From positions 82,357-146,356 of the forward strand of contig JAKLJI010000003.1 of the NCBI GenBank assembly GCA_023151275.1: a stretch of 64,000 nt of DNA. The letters run 5' to 3'. Both the position numbers and the translations under genes were made by a program. Numbering within the stretch: the stretch's first letter is position 1; every line of letters starts with the position of its first letter. Shown one piece after another: positions 1-10,441 of this stretch. Origin of the DNA: Bacteroidia bacterium. GTDB lineage: Bacteria; Bacteroidota; Bacteroidia; UKL13-3. The notes under the pieces are model-generated. The model was given only the letters and a program-made list of their open reading frames with translations. It ran no database searches and was not told the DNA's origin.

Positions 1-1
1 T

Positions 2-733
2 CTTGATTTTCCGGTTGCCAATCTCATTCAAGTAAAATTAAACAACAGACTTTACTCCGACCTTTCTTTTGACCAGAAAAAAATACTTGGACAGGAAGAG
101 TTATTTGGTAAGCCAACTGCAGGAAGAGCCATCACCTTGAATGAAAACAAACCGCCAGCCTTTCATGGAAAACCCATTCAGAAGAGTTTTTATTTTGAAT
201 ACGAATCCTTTCCGTATTGCTTCAAATTCACCTATGAATCAGGATTAACTTCCTACCTCAAAAGCCTTCCGGATATTGAAATTTCTTCCGTTTACCTGAA
301 CTACAGTTTGTCTGAAACAGCTGCAAAAAGTTTCAAATCTCAGCTCAGTGAAGCAGTGGCATCTTTACCCAGTTACAAGCGTCTTGACTTCATACTTCAA
401 TTTTCGCAGGAGGCCATTAACTACAGAAGCGACAAAGAAACCATTGGGATTGAAAAATTCTCATTTGCCGAAGAAACCCTTGCAGCAGGATATGGAGATT
501 GCGAAGACAAGTCGATCTTGTTTGGGGTATTGGCCCGCGATATCCTGAACCTGAAAAGTCTTGCACTGATTTACTACGCGCAGGAACACCTGAATGTAGC
601 AGTGGAAAGTGGCGATAAAAGCCAGTTCAGCTTTCAAAACAAGAACTACCTGGTTTGCGAACCTTCCGGAAAAGGCTATAAACCCGGCGATAACGTGTAC
701 GACCTAAGCAAAGCAAGCTTGGTAAGTTGGTAG
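2..733 (+). CDS. Transglutaminase-like cysteine peptidase domain protein, 5'-truncated at window edge
   Basis: The reading frame is open from nt 2, and the track start at 137 is a TTG. A GYGDCEDKSILFGVLARD motif resembles the transglutaminase-like Cys core. Confidence 0.45.
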   Translation, partial: LDFPVANLIQVKLNNRLYSDLSFDQKKILGQEELFGKPTAGRAITLNENKPPAFHGKPIQKSFYFEYESFPYCFKFTYESGLTSYLKSLPDIEISSVYLNYSLSETAAKSFKSQLSEAVASLPSYKRLDFILQFSQEAINYRSDKETIGIEKFSFAEETLAAGYGDCEDKSILFGVLARDILNLKSLALIYYAQEHLNVAVESGDKSQFSFQNKNYLVCEPSGKGYKPGDNVYDLSKASLVSW

Positions 734-790
734 GAGTTCTCGGTTATTTTGGAGGTTTATCCTCAAAGCATTTTAAAACCACAAACAGTT

Positions 791-1492
791 TTACTTAGTT
801 GGCCCTTTGGGCTGCAGTGGCCTGATTTCCAAATTAACGGTATGGAAATTATCGGGCATTTCTAAAGCCTGCACCATGGCAAGTGCCAAATCGGATGGCA
901 TAAGCATATAATCATGCGGTTGAATTCCCGGACTGTTTCTGAAGAAATCGGTTTTGGTTGAACCCGGATACACACAAGTTACTTTGATTTTAAAATCACG
1001 CACTTCCCTAAACAAGCTTTCGCTTAAACCTTTCACAGCCCATTTGGTGGCACAATAGGCGGAAACCTGCGGCATTCCTTCAAGAGCAGCAGTTGAGGCG
1101 ATATTGATAATATGTCCATACTTCTGCTTTTTCATTCCGGGTAAAACCTCGCGGCAGCAGTAAAACATGCCATTCAGATTGGTTTGAGTCATTTCATCCC
1201 ATTGTTCATCCGACATGTTTTCCAGGTATCCAAAATAACCCAGACCGGCATTGTTAACCAGGATATGAATTTCTTCCTGCTGCCCATAAATCTGGGCGAA
1301 TGCCTTTTTTACGGAAGCCACTTGCTTCACATCGGTTTCAATAAATTGGAAAGAAGAATGCACTAAAGCTGGGTTTGAGTTTCTACCCAATCCATACACC
1401 TTACATCCTTTTTCTAACAACTGAGACGCGAGTTCAAATCCAATTCCTTTACTTACACCTGTGATTACAGCAATTTTTCCGGCTAATTCCAT
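791..1492 (-). CDS. Short-chain dehydrogenase/reductase (SDR) family oxidoreductase
   Basis: N-terminal TGVSKGIG Rossmann motif, an NNAG motif and a Y-x3-K catalytic pair (SAYCATKWAV); length 233 aa. Confidence 0.85.
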   Translation of the reverse strand: MELAGKIAVITGVSKGIGFELASQLLEKGCKVYGLGRNSNPALVHSSFQFIETDVKQVASVKKAFAQIYGQQEEIHILVNNAGLGYFGYLENMSDEQWDEMTQTNLNGMFYCCREVLPGMKKQKYGHIINIASTAALEGMPQVSAYCATKWAVKGLSESLFREVRDFKIKVTCVYPGSTKTDFFRNSPGIQPHDYMLMPSDLALAMVQALEMPDNFHTVNLEIRPLQPKGPTK

Positions 1493-1515
1493 GTTGCGAA
1501 TATAGCAGCAGAATA

Positions 1516-2817
1516 TTATTCGCCCTTGAGAATAACAAATTCAACCCGCCTATTCATGGCCCTACCCTGTTCGGTATCATTTGGCGCAATTGGTTTTGAT
1601 TCTCCAAAACCTTGGTAGCTCAAGCGATTGGGAGAAATTCCCTTGGCAATTAACCAGTCCATGACGCGCTTGGCACGATTTGTCGAAAGCTTCTGGTTGT
1701 AAGCGGCAGAGTTTATGCTATCGGTATGCCCCTGAATTCGGATTTGCAAGCCGGAACGTTCCGTTAGCAAAAGAAACAAGCGCTGCAATTCTTCCTCAGA
1801 CTCCGGCTTTAGGCTACTTTTATCCAAATCAAAAAAGATATTTTTCAAAGTAATCAAATCGCCTGTTTTGTACTTTACTATTGGCATTGAATCGCTGCAA
1901 CTGCAAGTTCCATCGAGCAATTCTTCGCTAATGCAAATATCATCAAAATAGGTTCGTACATGAAAGTAATATTGCTTGAGTCTGGCATCTTTCAAAGAAT
2001 CAGTATAGGCCTTGTACCAACGCTGATAAAATCGAATAGTTGTATCACGTGTATATGCATTCACCCGCGTAAAATCCGTTAGAATACGAATTTGTTTTTT
2101 GAGGTCGCGCTTGCTTTTGGGCTCATCAAACTCAATGGTTCTTGAATTGAAACTATCTTTCAGGTACTTTATAAATTCATTCCGCTCTTCCAGAATCTCC
2201 TTTTCTTCCAACTCCCACCTGTCAAACACTTCGTACACTTTATCCTCAAAAAATCGACCTAAATACAAGTATTCACCTGTTCTTTTAGCTGTGAAACGCT
2301 GCTCAACATATTGGAAAAAGGGACGTTCACTTAAGGTATCCAAGTCAATTACCAAATCCGGTACATCTCGTAAACGCAGCCTTCGGTTTAACGCAATACC
2401 CTCGTTGAGGAAGGCAAGATGAACGGTTTTCAGCCACTCGGGCCTATCGTAATCATTGCCTTTGAAATACAACTTCATTTTTAGGCAATAGCGTTTGTCT
2501 TTTTTGATTGGAGCCTTGAGTTTAACATACATGTACTCACTTGCCATGGGTTGAATAAGGCAAAGACCATTGATATGATTGTAGTACTTAGTTCCATTGG
2601 TATCTAACCACATGTCTTCGTAGTGGTAAAATTCACCGGGAGGTTGCACCCAATTTTCGACATACCTATCCGAACCGGCTTCAAAATTTCCATTGGGGAC
2701 CAGATTCTGCGCTTGAAGTTGAAACGCTGCGAGAACCCCAAAAAGAAAGCCCAGCTTAAGAACCCGAATAGTAGAAAAGTGAAAAAGATTAAATTGAAAG
2801 ATGCAAATAAAGCCCAT
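1516..2817 (-). CDS. OmpA-family protein (C-terminal OmpA peptidoglycan-binding domain)
   Basis: C-terminal LQIRIQGHTDS...YNQKLSTNRAKRV...NRRVEFVI is a classic OmpA_C signature, and an N-terminal signal-like hydrophobic segment is present. Confidence 0.8.
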   Translation of the reverse strand: MGFICIFQFNLFHFSTIRVLKLGFLFGVLAAFQLQAQNLVPNGNFEAGSDRYVENWVQPPGEFYHYEDMWLDTNGTKYYNHINGLCLIQPMASEYMYVKLKAPIKKDKRYCLKMKLYFKGNDYDRPEWLKTVHLAFLNEGIALNRRLRLRDVPDLVIDLDTLSERPFFQYVEQRFTAKRTGEYLYLGRFFEDKVYEVFDRWELEEKEILEERNEFIKYLKDSFNSRTIEFDEPKSKRDLKKQIRILTDFTRVNAYTRDTTIRFYQRWYKAYTDSLKDARLKQYYFHVRTYFDDICISEELLDGTCSCSDSMPIVKYKTGDLITLKNIFFDLDKSSLKPESEEELQRLFLLLTERSGLQIRIQGHTDSINSAAYNQKLSTNRAKRVMDWLIAKGISPNRLSYQGFGESKPIAPNDTEQGRAMNRRVEFVILKGE

Positions 2818-2826
2818 GCCAGCTAC

Positions 2827-3954
2827 TTATTTCACCACAATTGTTTTCCGAATTTCTCGTCCATCCGGAATTGAGATAGAAAGCAAATAAACTCCTGCGC
2901 TCAGCTTTCCACTTGGCAGCGGTAAGCGCACAATATCTTCCAGAAAGCGTTCTTGCAAAATCAATTTTCCGGAAGGGCTAAACAGTTTAAAAATGGCTGT
3001 TTTCTCTATGGGTTGACTAAATTCAATATAGCCATCAGCCGGATTTGGAAACACCATGATATCGAAGTTGGAGGCCGGCTCAGAAATTGAATTTACCAAA
3101 CCCGGAAGCGTGAAGCGATACAAAGATGCAGTGGTTAAAGGGGTGCTTTCATCGGTAAAGTAACCTGAATAATTATCCATCAACACAATCCCTTCGCGTT
3201 GAAGAAAAGTAGGGAAAGTGTACGAATAGGCATCGCCTTTGAAGAAGTTCGCAGCTTGGAAATTGCGAAACACCCAACACCTTTCATACCCTGAAAGCAT
3301 TAGTGTTTTCTTATCGGGTGAGAGTGCCGCAGCAGTTACAGAATAATTGGCCCAAGGACCCGGGCCGGTATAAAAACTATCGCGTTTGATGGCTGTATAG
3401 GTTCCGGCCTTTGCGGGCAATTGATACAAATAAGTAAATCCGCTATAGGGGTCGGTTCTATTCTTTGAAAACAGGTAAAGACTATCGTTCATGGCCACCA
3501 TGGCCTCCATGTCGTAATTCATGGTTGCCATTGCAGGTGGAAAAGCCTTTTGGTCGGAATAGGTAAAGTTTATTACAGCCGCATTTACAGTATCTCTAAG
3601 CAAGGTTGAAGGCTTATTGAGGATATAAATTTTCAAATCTTTACGAGCATTGCCATTGTTTCCGAACTCGCCAATGTAAACCTTACCGGAGGCATCCTGG
3701 GTTATTTCTTCCCAATCTATATTGGGAGCATTCAAGCGAATGGTTCTTAAGGTGGTAGACGTTGAGTCAAATTCAATTAACAGGGGCTCATTCCCGCTGT
3801 CGTTATGACTCATAAACCTACCTGGAGCTGTTAACAACAAACCCGAACTTTCTGCCAGGGATGATGGCAGAGCAGTTACTTTAACCGCCTGAACCTGTGC
3901 ATTCACCTGAAAAACGAAAGCCAGCAAAAAGAGGAGTACACTACCAATTTTCAT
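2827..3954 (-). CDS. Secreted T9SS cargo protein (type A C-terminal sorting domain)
   Basis: The C-terminus (VFPNPADGYIEF...GKLI...SGVYLLSI...K) matches the Por/T9SS CTD pattern. A signal peptide MKIGSVLLFLLAFVFQVNAQ at an internal Met suggests the true start is ~3954 rather than the track's 4023. Confidence 0.65.
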   Translation of the reverse strand: MKIGSVLLFLLAFVFQVNAQVQAVKVTALPSSLAESSGLLLTAPGRFMSHNDSGNEPLLIEFDSTSTTLRTIRLNAPNIDWEEITQDASGKVYIGEFGNNGNARKDLKIYILNKPSTLLRDTVNAAVINFTYSDQKAFPPAMATMNYDMEAMVAMNDSLYLFSKNRTDPYSGFTYLYQLPAKAGTYTAIKRDSFYTGPGPWANYSVTAAALSPDKKTLMLSGYERCWVFRNFQAANFFKGDAYSYTFPTFLQREGIVLMDNYSGYFTDESTPLTTASLYRFTLPGLVNSISEPASNFDIMVFPNPADGYIEFSQPIEKTAIFKLFSPSGKLILQERFLEDIVRLPLPSGKLSAGVYLLSISIPDGREIRKTIVVK

Positions 3955-4047
3955 TGCAACAAGATAGGCAATGAACCTGACATACGTGCATAAAAAAAGC
4001 GGTGCATATCGCATGGATTGCACCGCTTTTCATTGGTAAGGTAATTC

Positions 4048-6972
4048 TTAATAACCGAAAATTTCTTCCAGGCTTAGTTCAGTAACTTTACCGTATTTGG
4101 CCAAATCTTTATCGCTGATTTTGGCTTTAGAGCCCATAATGCAATAGGTATATGGCTTTCCTTTCAGGTTAGCTTCATGAAACTTTGTAACATCAGCAAG
4201 CGAAATGTTAGGCAATGCCTCGTAAACCATTTTGTTCACATCGGTTTTCAAGCCTAATTTCTCATTGGCCACATACGAGAAGATGATATCAGCATCGTTG
4301 GTACGCTCAGTTTCAATGCCATTCATCAACGAAGCTTTTGCCGCATCAAACATATTTCCGGCTTGTGGCAATTGGGTAAGCAATTCGTTCATGGCTGCAA
4401 CCGCTTCATTCATTTTATCGGCTTGAGTTCCTACATAAGCCAACACATAATAAGGGTCGTTTTGCTTGGATGGCTGAAGGTACCTTGCATAGGTTGAATA
4501 GGCCAATGCTTTGCTTTCGCGGATGGTTTGGAAAACAATTGAAGACATGCCTGAGCCAAAGTATTCATTGAACATGGAAACCATAGGTGTACGGCTGGCA
4601 TCAAAACCGTTTTGGGAGCGAGAAAGCCACATAATTTCGGCTTGAACCATGTCGTAGTTTACAAAATACACCTGGTTTTCTTTCGTATCCTGACGGGTAA
4701 ATACCGCAGGTTTTGGCATCGCAAGTGTCTTTGCAGGTGTTTTATGCTCTTTCTTCAAAACAGCCTGAAGTCCATCCAGATTCTGTGGTCCGAAATACCA
4801 AATTTTATGCGGGTAGGAAGTAATTGTATGAATGTATTTCGCCAATTCAGCAGCTTGGATGGCCTTCAATTCTGTCGCACTTAATTCATACTTGAATGGA
4901 TTGTTTGAACCATACATCGCATAGCTTTGGAGGGCAGCTCTGAAAATGGTACTCTTGTTTTTCTTTGCATCCTCCCTTGACTTCAAAATGCGATCAACCA
5001 ATTGATTCAAGGCATCCTGGTTAGGTTTAGCATTTGCAAGCAGGTGTTCAAACAAACGCAAAGCAGGAACAAAGTTCTCGTCCAGACCTGAAAGTGTAAC
5101 ATATACCTGTTCATTGCTCACATTCACTTTGAAATCGCAAGCCAGCTTGAAAAACTCCTTACTAATTTGTTCTGATGAATATTTATCTGTTCCCAGGTAC
5201 TCCAATAGGTTAACAGCTAAAGGAAGTTTCTTATCGTGAAACTTACCCATATCAAGCACATAGTACAAGGAGAACAAGGCATTGTCGTTATTTTTTACAT
5301 AATAGATATTCCCGGTGCGGGTCATGTCTTTATCAAAATCCACAAAACGTGGTTTGATTGGGTTTGAAGGCTTTTCAGCCAAGGCTTTCACGAATGGCGA
5401 AACATCTTCCCTATTCACTTCAACCGGTGTGATTTCAGGCTTTTCAATTTTGCTAATGCTCTTATCTTCACCAAGACGCTTGTAAACTACCACATAATCG
5501 TTGGTAAACCATTTATTGACAAAAGCAATAATTTCTTCACGAGTAACGGTAGAGAATTGGTCAAGTTCAGCAGCAGCATCTTTCCAGCTTCTTTCCATGC
5601 AAAATGCATCCAACATGGCATAGGCTCTACCTTCATTGCTCTCGCGCTCTCTGATTTTATAAATTTTCAAGTTAGCAATGATGGCCTTAAGGGTTTCATC
5701 ATCAAACTTTCCTTGCTTCAGCAGTTCAATTTGATCAAGCAATAACTGCTTAACCTCTTCCAACTTTTGGTTCTTCACAGGCTTTCCGCTCAGGAACATG
5801 ATACTGTAATCTTTGTTAATCCAAGAAGAAGAACTGGCACCCAAAACAGCTTGTTTCTTCACCAAGTTCAAATCAATTAAACCAGCCTTTGAATTGGCTA
5901 ACAACATATCTGTCATTTGAAGCAACAAGGCTTCACGCGTGCCCCCACCCGGGAATCTAAAACCAATCATCAGGTTCTCGGCATCCGGACCATAAACATT
6001 GATTTCTTCGGGCTTGCCTGTATTCATTTCGGGTTGAAAGGTGAAAGCCGGCACCGGCTTTGCTTGCATGTAACTGAATTTCTCATCAATTACCTGAATC
6101 ATCCTATCCGGATCAAAATCACCCACCAAAATGATGGCCATATTGTTGGGAACATAATAGGTATTGTAATAATTCCGAATTTTAACCAATGAAGGATTTT
6201 TCAAATGTTCTACCGTACCAATGGTAGTTTGAGTACCATAAGAGTGCTTTTTGAATAAGCCACCAAGCATGGATTCAAATACTTTACGGCTGTCGTTATC
6301 AAGCGAGATATTCTTCTCTTCATAAACCGCTTCTAACTCGGTGTGAAACAAACGCAGGATTGGATTTCTGAAACGTTCAGCTTCCACCCCAATCCATTTT
6401 TCCAAGTTATTTTCAGGCACATCGTTCAAGTAAACGGTTTGTTCCAAAGAAGTAAATGCGTTGGTACCCTGGGTACCCAGCATTTGCATCATTTTGTCGT
6501 ATTCATTAGCAATTGCATACTTTGATGCAACTCCCGAAACGCTGTCGATTTGCTTGTAAATGGCTTTACGCTTGGCCTCATCTGTGGTTTTATTGTAGCG
6601 TTCGTAAAGCGCATCAATTAGGTCCAATTGCTTTTTCTCTTTCTCCCAATCCAGCGAACCAAACTTATCTGTTCCCTTGAAAAGCATGTGCTCCAGGTAA
6701 TGGGCAAGGCCGGTATTATCGGCAGGATCGTTTTTGCTACCAGCTTTGGTTGCAATCAACGTTTGAACCCGAGGTTGTTTTTTATTGACGCTCATCATAA
6801 CGGTGAGGCCATTTTTCAGCACATAGGTTCTAACTTTAAGGGGGTCGTTTTTCACCTGGGTATAGGTGTATTTCCCATCCGGCGAATTCAGGGTTTGATT
6901 TTCAAAAACCTGTTGCGCAAGCGCCATCCAGGAGCAAGCAAGTGCAACAAAAACAAGTAGGGTTTTCTTCAT
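4048..6972 (-). CDS. M16-family (insulinase/pitrilysin-like) zinc peptidase, tandem M16 halves
   Basis: Inverted zinc motif HYLEHMLFKGT (HxxEH) and ~970 aa size. Signal peptide MKKTLLVFVALACSWMALAQ at an internal Met, so start trimmed to 6972. Confidence 0.85.
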   Translation of the reverse strand: MKKTLLVFVALACSWMALAQQVFENQTLNSPDGKYTYTQVKNDPLKVRTYVLKNGLTVMMSVNKKQPRVQTLIATKAGSKNDPADNTGLAHYLEHMLFKGTDKFGSLDWEKEKKQLDLIDALYERYNKTTDEAKRKAIYKQIDSVSGVASKYAIANEYDKMMQMLGTQGTNAFTSLEQTVYLNDVPENNLEKWIGVEAERFRNPILRLFHTELEAVYEEKNISLDNDSRKVFESMLGGLFKKHSYGTQTTIGTVEHLKNPSLVKIRNYYNTYYVPNNMAIILVGDFDPDRMIQVIDEKFSYMQAKPVPAFTFQPEMNTGKPEEINVYGPDAENLMIGFRFPGGGTREALLLQMTDMLLANSKAGLIDLNLVKKQAVLGASSSSWINKDYSIMFLSGKPVKNQKLEEVKQLLLDQIELLKQGKFDDETLKAIIANLKIYKIRERESNEGRAYAMLDAFCMERSWKDAAAELDQFSTVTREEIIAFVNKWFTNDYVVVYKRLGEDKSISKIEKPEITPVEVNREDVSPFVKALAEKPSNPIKPRFVDFDKDMTRTGNIYYVKNNDNALFSLYYVLDMGKFHDKKLPLAVNLLEYLGTDKYSSEQISKEFFKLACDFKVNVSNEQVYVTLSGLDENFVPALRLFEHLLANAKPNQDALNQLVDRILKSREDAKKNKSTIFRAALQSYAMYGSNNPFKYELSATELKAIQAAELAKYIHTITSYPHKIWYFGPQNLDGLQAVLKKEHKTPAKTLAMPKPAVFTRQDTKENQVYFVNYDMVQAEIMWLSRSQNGFDASRTPMVSMFNEYFGSGMSSIVFQTIRESKALAYSTYARYLQPSKQNDPYYVLAYVGTQADKMNEAVAAMNELLTQLPQAGNMFDAAKASLMNGIETERTNDADIIFSYVANEKLGLKTDVNKMVYEALPNISLADVTKFHEANLKGKPYTYCIMGSKAKISDKDLAKYGKVTELSLEEIFGY

Positions 6973-7054
6973 AGTAGGAGAAAAAAAATAAAAGGGGGGC
7001 AAAATGAATAAAAAAAGAGGGATTGCCAAACTGATTTACAGCAAGCTGCGAAAA

Positions 7055-7879
7055 TCAGGATAAACGTAAAGAAGCAAACCTCAAGTTGCCACTCATGTCG
7101 TTTTTGAGAATCAGGTTAGGATGCAATTGCCTCATGGCCTCTTCGCCCGAGGCGGCAATCTCAAAAAACCAGGATTTGCAAGGCAACTCCAGCATTTTGC
7201 GGTAAAACTTCACCGGGTCAGAATCGGGAACAAATAAAGCCATTTCAGGCTCGTACTCCAGCACATTTTTGTGCATTTCCGCTTTTTCCCGTTCTGGAAT
7301 ATAAGGTGGGTTGCTCACAATAACCTGAATGCCCTCCTGCTTAATCCAGCTCGGAATTTCTGGGGAGAACAAATCGGCAAGCTTCCAATCCACTTTCGCA
7401 CCAATTGCTTTTGCATTGGCTTTAGCGGTTTGAAGTGCTTCATTTGATTTTTCGAGACCGAACACCCTCCAGTTGGGCCTGGCTTTGGCCAAACTGATGG
7501 CAATAGCACCAGAACCGGTTCCTACATCCAAAATGCTTAGTTGCTCGCCGGAAGGCAGTTGTTCCAGCACCCAATCCACCAATTCCTCCGTTTCAGGACG
7601 AGGAATAAGAACAGAAGGATTCACCAAAAAAACATGATTTTTAAACCAGGTATATCCCAAAATGTACTGAAGCGGCTCTCCTTCTTTCAAACGCTCAAGG
7701 CAGGAAGTAAGCTTCATTTCCTCTGCCAAATCAATCTCTTTATCAATGATGCCAACATGGGCTCTCTTAATCAGCAGCACCTCTTCAACCAGCAGCAAAA
7801 TCAAATCTTTCGATTCTGAATCGCCATAAAGCGGCTTTAGCAGAGAAATTGCAAAAGGTATAAATTCACTAACACGCAT
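7055..7879 (-). CDS. prmC: Release factor glutamine N5-methyltransferase PrmC/HemK
   Basis: VSNPPYIP (NPPY) motif and SAM-binding DVGTGSGAIAI motif; length 274 aa. Confidence 0.85.
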   Translation of the reverse strand: MRVSEFIPFAISLLKPLYGDSESKDLILLLVEEVLLIKRAHVGIIDKEIDLAEEMKLTSCLERLKEGEPLQYILGYTWFKNHVFLVNPSVLIPRPETEELVDWVLEQLPSGEQLSILDVGTGSGAIAISLAKARPNWRVFGLEKSNEALQTAKANAKAIGAKVDWKLADLFSPEIPSWIKQEGIQVIVSNPPYIPEREKAEMHKNVLEYEPEMALFVPDSDPVKFYRKMLELPCKSWFFEIAASGEEAMRQLHPNLILKNDMSGNLRFASLRLS

Positions 7880-7942
7880 AGCACTTTGTAAGGTTGCGCA
7901 AAATACTACTTTCGCAGTGTGTTAAGCAGAGAAGAACTTTTT

Positions 7943-8974
7943 ATGCAGCATTGCCTTCAACTGGCCCAATTGGGTGCCGGTAAGGTAGCTCCCAATCCTT
8001 TGGTTGGTGCAGTTCTGGTTGTTGATGATAAAATTATTGCAGAAGGATATCATGCCGTTTTTGGTGGTCCACATGCTGAACCCGCAGCTATTAAGCAGGT
8101 TCAAGACAAAGAACTTCTTAAACGAGCGGAGTTGTATGTGAATTTAGAGCCTTGTGCCCATCAGGGAAAAACACCGCCTTGCGCCGATTTGATTATTGAA
8201 TCCGGCATTCCAAAAGTTAATATTGGAATGAAAGACCCCTTTGAGAAAGTGGCAGGAGCCGGCATTCAAAAACTAAAAGATGCCGGGATTGATATAGTTT
8301 GCGGGATTCTTGAAAAGGAAGCAGCCTGGCTTAACCGAAGGTTTTTGCATTGGGTAAATTACCAAGAACCCTATATTATTTTAAAGTGGGCACAAACCAT
8401 GTCGGGCTATTTGGCTCCGGATCCAAAACGCATGAGTTCTGAAGAATTCGCCGTTCAAAGGCATATTACAGGATTGATTGTTCAAAAACTGGTTCATAAA
8501 TGGCGAGGCGAAGAAGCCGCAATTTTGGTTGGAAACGGGACCGTTGCCCTCGACAATCCACACCTGAATACGCGAGCCTGGCCCGGAAAAAATCCGGTGC
8601 GCATGGTTGTTGACCGCAATTTAAAGCTGAATTCCAATTTCGCCATTTTCGACGGCAAGCAGGAAACTTGGATTATCAATTCTCGCAAGGAAGGGATTGA
8701 AAACGGTATTCGTTACATTTCCTTTCCTGAAAACGAAGATTGGATTCCTTACCTAAAAAAAGCCATGTATTCTGCTGGACTGCAAAGCTTGATTGTTGAA
8801 GGGGGAAGGCAGATTTTAACGCATTTCATTAACAATTCCGCTTGGAATGAAGCACAGGTATTTTATACGCCCAAACATTTTGATGGCGGAGTTGCAGCCC
8901 CATTAATTGGAGGAATTTTGCGCGAGGAGTTCAGTCTTGACAACAGTCATTTTAAACGTTACACACCATGGTAA
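7943..8974 (+). CDS. ribD: Bifunctional riboflavin biosynthesis protein RibD (pyrimidine deaminase / reductase)
   Basis: CMP/dCMP-type deaminase zinc motifs HAEPAAI and LEPCAH...PPC, followed by a C-terminal RibD reductase domain. Start placed at MQHCLQLAQLGAG. Confidence 0.85.
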   Translation: MQHCLQLAQLGAGKVAPNPLVGAVLVVDDKIIAEGYHAVFGGPHAEPAAIKQVQDKELLKRAELYVNLEPCAHQGKTPPCADLIIESGIPKVNIGMKDPFEKVAGAGIQKLKDAGIDIVCGILEKEAAWLNRRFLHWVNYQEPYIILKWAQTMSGYLAPDPKRMSSEEFAVQRHITGLIVQKLVHKWRGEEAAILVGNGTVALDNPHLNTRAWPGKNPVRMVVDRNLKLNSNFAIFDGKQETWIINSRKEGIENGIRYISFPENEDWIPYLKKAMYSAGLQSLIVEGGRQILTHFINNSAWNEAQVFYTPKHFDGGVAAPLIGGILREEFSLDNSHFKRYTPW

Positions 8975-9837
8975 TTTTCTTACTCCTCAGCATAGTTTTC
9001 TCAACCCTTACAGTCAGTTTTTTCAAACTGTTTGAACTCAAAGGTGTTAGAACATTCGAAGCCATTGTATTCAATTATTTGAGCTGTGGAATTGTAGGAA
9101 GTATACTTGCCGATAAGACCGTATTCACTCAGTCTGTATGGGCTACAAGTTGGTATCCTTATACCTTGTTTCTTGGATTCTTGTTTATCAGCATCTTTCT
9201 GGCCATTGGAATAACCGCTCAGCGTATGGGCGTATCGGTAAGCATGGTTGCCGCAAAACTATCGGTGATGATACCGGTAATTGTTGCCATTCTGCTCTAC
9301 AAAGAACAACCCGGCATTCTTCAGCTAATTGGCATTGTATTTTCTTTGGTAGCTGTTGTTATAATGAGTACGGGTAATCAAACCGAAAACAACCAATCCA
9401 AACTCTGGTACTTACCTGTTTTAGTTTTTGTGGGAAGTGGCATGATTGATTCATTGCTTCATTTTCTGGAAAAGAAATTTATTCCCGCTTACTCCGCAGA
9501 CACACTTGTAACAACGGTATTTCTGAATGCATTTCTACTGGGGAGTCTTGCTTTGCTAGTAGGCATTTTCAGGGGGAAAGAAAAGCCGGATTTGAAATCA
9601 GCACTCTGGGGAATTGCACTTGGCATCCCGAATTACTTCAGCATGTATTTTCTGGTAAAAACCCTTGAAGTTTCGGGGGCTGGAACTTATGTATTTCCGG
9701 TGAACAATATTGGTATTGTATTGGCAAGTACGCTGAGCTCGATATTGATATTCAAAGAGCACATGAACAACCGCAAATGGTTGGGTTTAGGCCTAGCTAT
9801 TGTTGCGATAATTCTCTTGTCTGTCCATGCTTCCTGA
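8968..9837 (+). CDS. DMT-superfamily (EamA-like) 10-TM transporter
   Basis: 289 aa with about ten hydrophobic helices in two 5-TM halves, typical of EamA/DMT proteins. Overlaps the ribD stop by 7 nt, suggesting co-transcription. Confidence 0.55.
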   Translation: MVIFLLLSIVFSTLTVSFFKLFELKGVRTFEAIVFNYLSCGIVGSILADKTVFTQSVWATSWYPYTLFLGFLFISIFLAIGITAQRMGVSVSMVAAKLSVMIPVIVAILLYKEQPGILQLIGIVFSLVAVVIMSTGNQTENNQSKLWYLPVLVFVGSGMIDSLLHFLEKKFIPAYSADTLVTTVFLNAFLLGSLALLVGIFRGKEKPDLKSALWGIALGIPNYFSMYFLVKTLEVSGAGTYVFPVNNIGIVLASTLSSILIFKEHMNNRKWLGLGLAIVAIILLSVHAS

Positions 9838-9847
9838 TAATTACCAG

Positions 9848-10441
9848 ATGCCGGAAAAAGCGGCAATTTTTGAACTGCGAGAGCGAGCCAGCAGGTTCAT
9901 TGCCTATACCTTCCCCATTCAAACCGAAGAAGAAGGAAAGCAAAAACTGAATGAACTGAAGAAAGAACATTATGCAGCTGTTCACCATTGCTGGGCTTAT
10001 ATTCTTGAACCAGACCGCGCGTTGCAAAAAAGCTCAGACGACCGGGAGCCAGCAGGTTCGGCCGGAAAACCCATTCTGAGAGCTATTTTAGCTAGCGGCT
10101 TAACCAATTGCATGGTGGTTGTGGTTCGCTATTTTGGCGGCAAATTGCTTGGAGTTCCAGGACTCATTGCAGCTTATGGAGGCTCCGCAGAATCATCCAT
10201 TCAACTTGCCGGAACGTGCGAAAGACGCGTTTTTGCTGTGTATCAAATGGAACTTCCTTTTGAGCGACATCATGAAGTAATCAGGCTGTTTAAACAGTTT
10301 AATATTCGTTTTCAACCCCTGGCCTATGACAATTGGCAAGGACTTAACTTTGAATTAAAACCTTCTCTTGAATCAAGCTTTTTAGCTAAATTAGGAGAAT
10401 TGGATTTACCACCCGTTGAATGTATTCGGAATGAAAAATAA
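9848..10441 (+). CDS. yigZ: YigZ/IMPACT (UPF0029) family protein
   Basis: SRFIAY, HHCWAYIL and DDREPAGSAGKPIL match the conserved Impact_N motifs. Confidence 0.7.
   Translation: MPEKAAIFELRERASRFIAYTFPIQTEEEGKQKLNELKKEHYAAVHHCWAYILEPDRALQKSSDDREPAGSAGKPILRAILASGLTNCMVVVVRYFGGKLLGVPGLIAAYGGSAESSIQLAGTCERRVFAVYQMELPFERHHEVIRLFKQFNIRFQPLAYDNWQGLNFELKPSLESSFLAKLGELDLPPVECIRNEK

Noticed and set aside
7880-7942. Possible FMN riboswitch upstream of ribD
   Set aside because: The divergent prmC/ribD intergenic region is only ~40-60 nt, which is too short for an FMN (RFN) element, and no RFN-like conserved core was seen.
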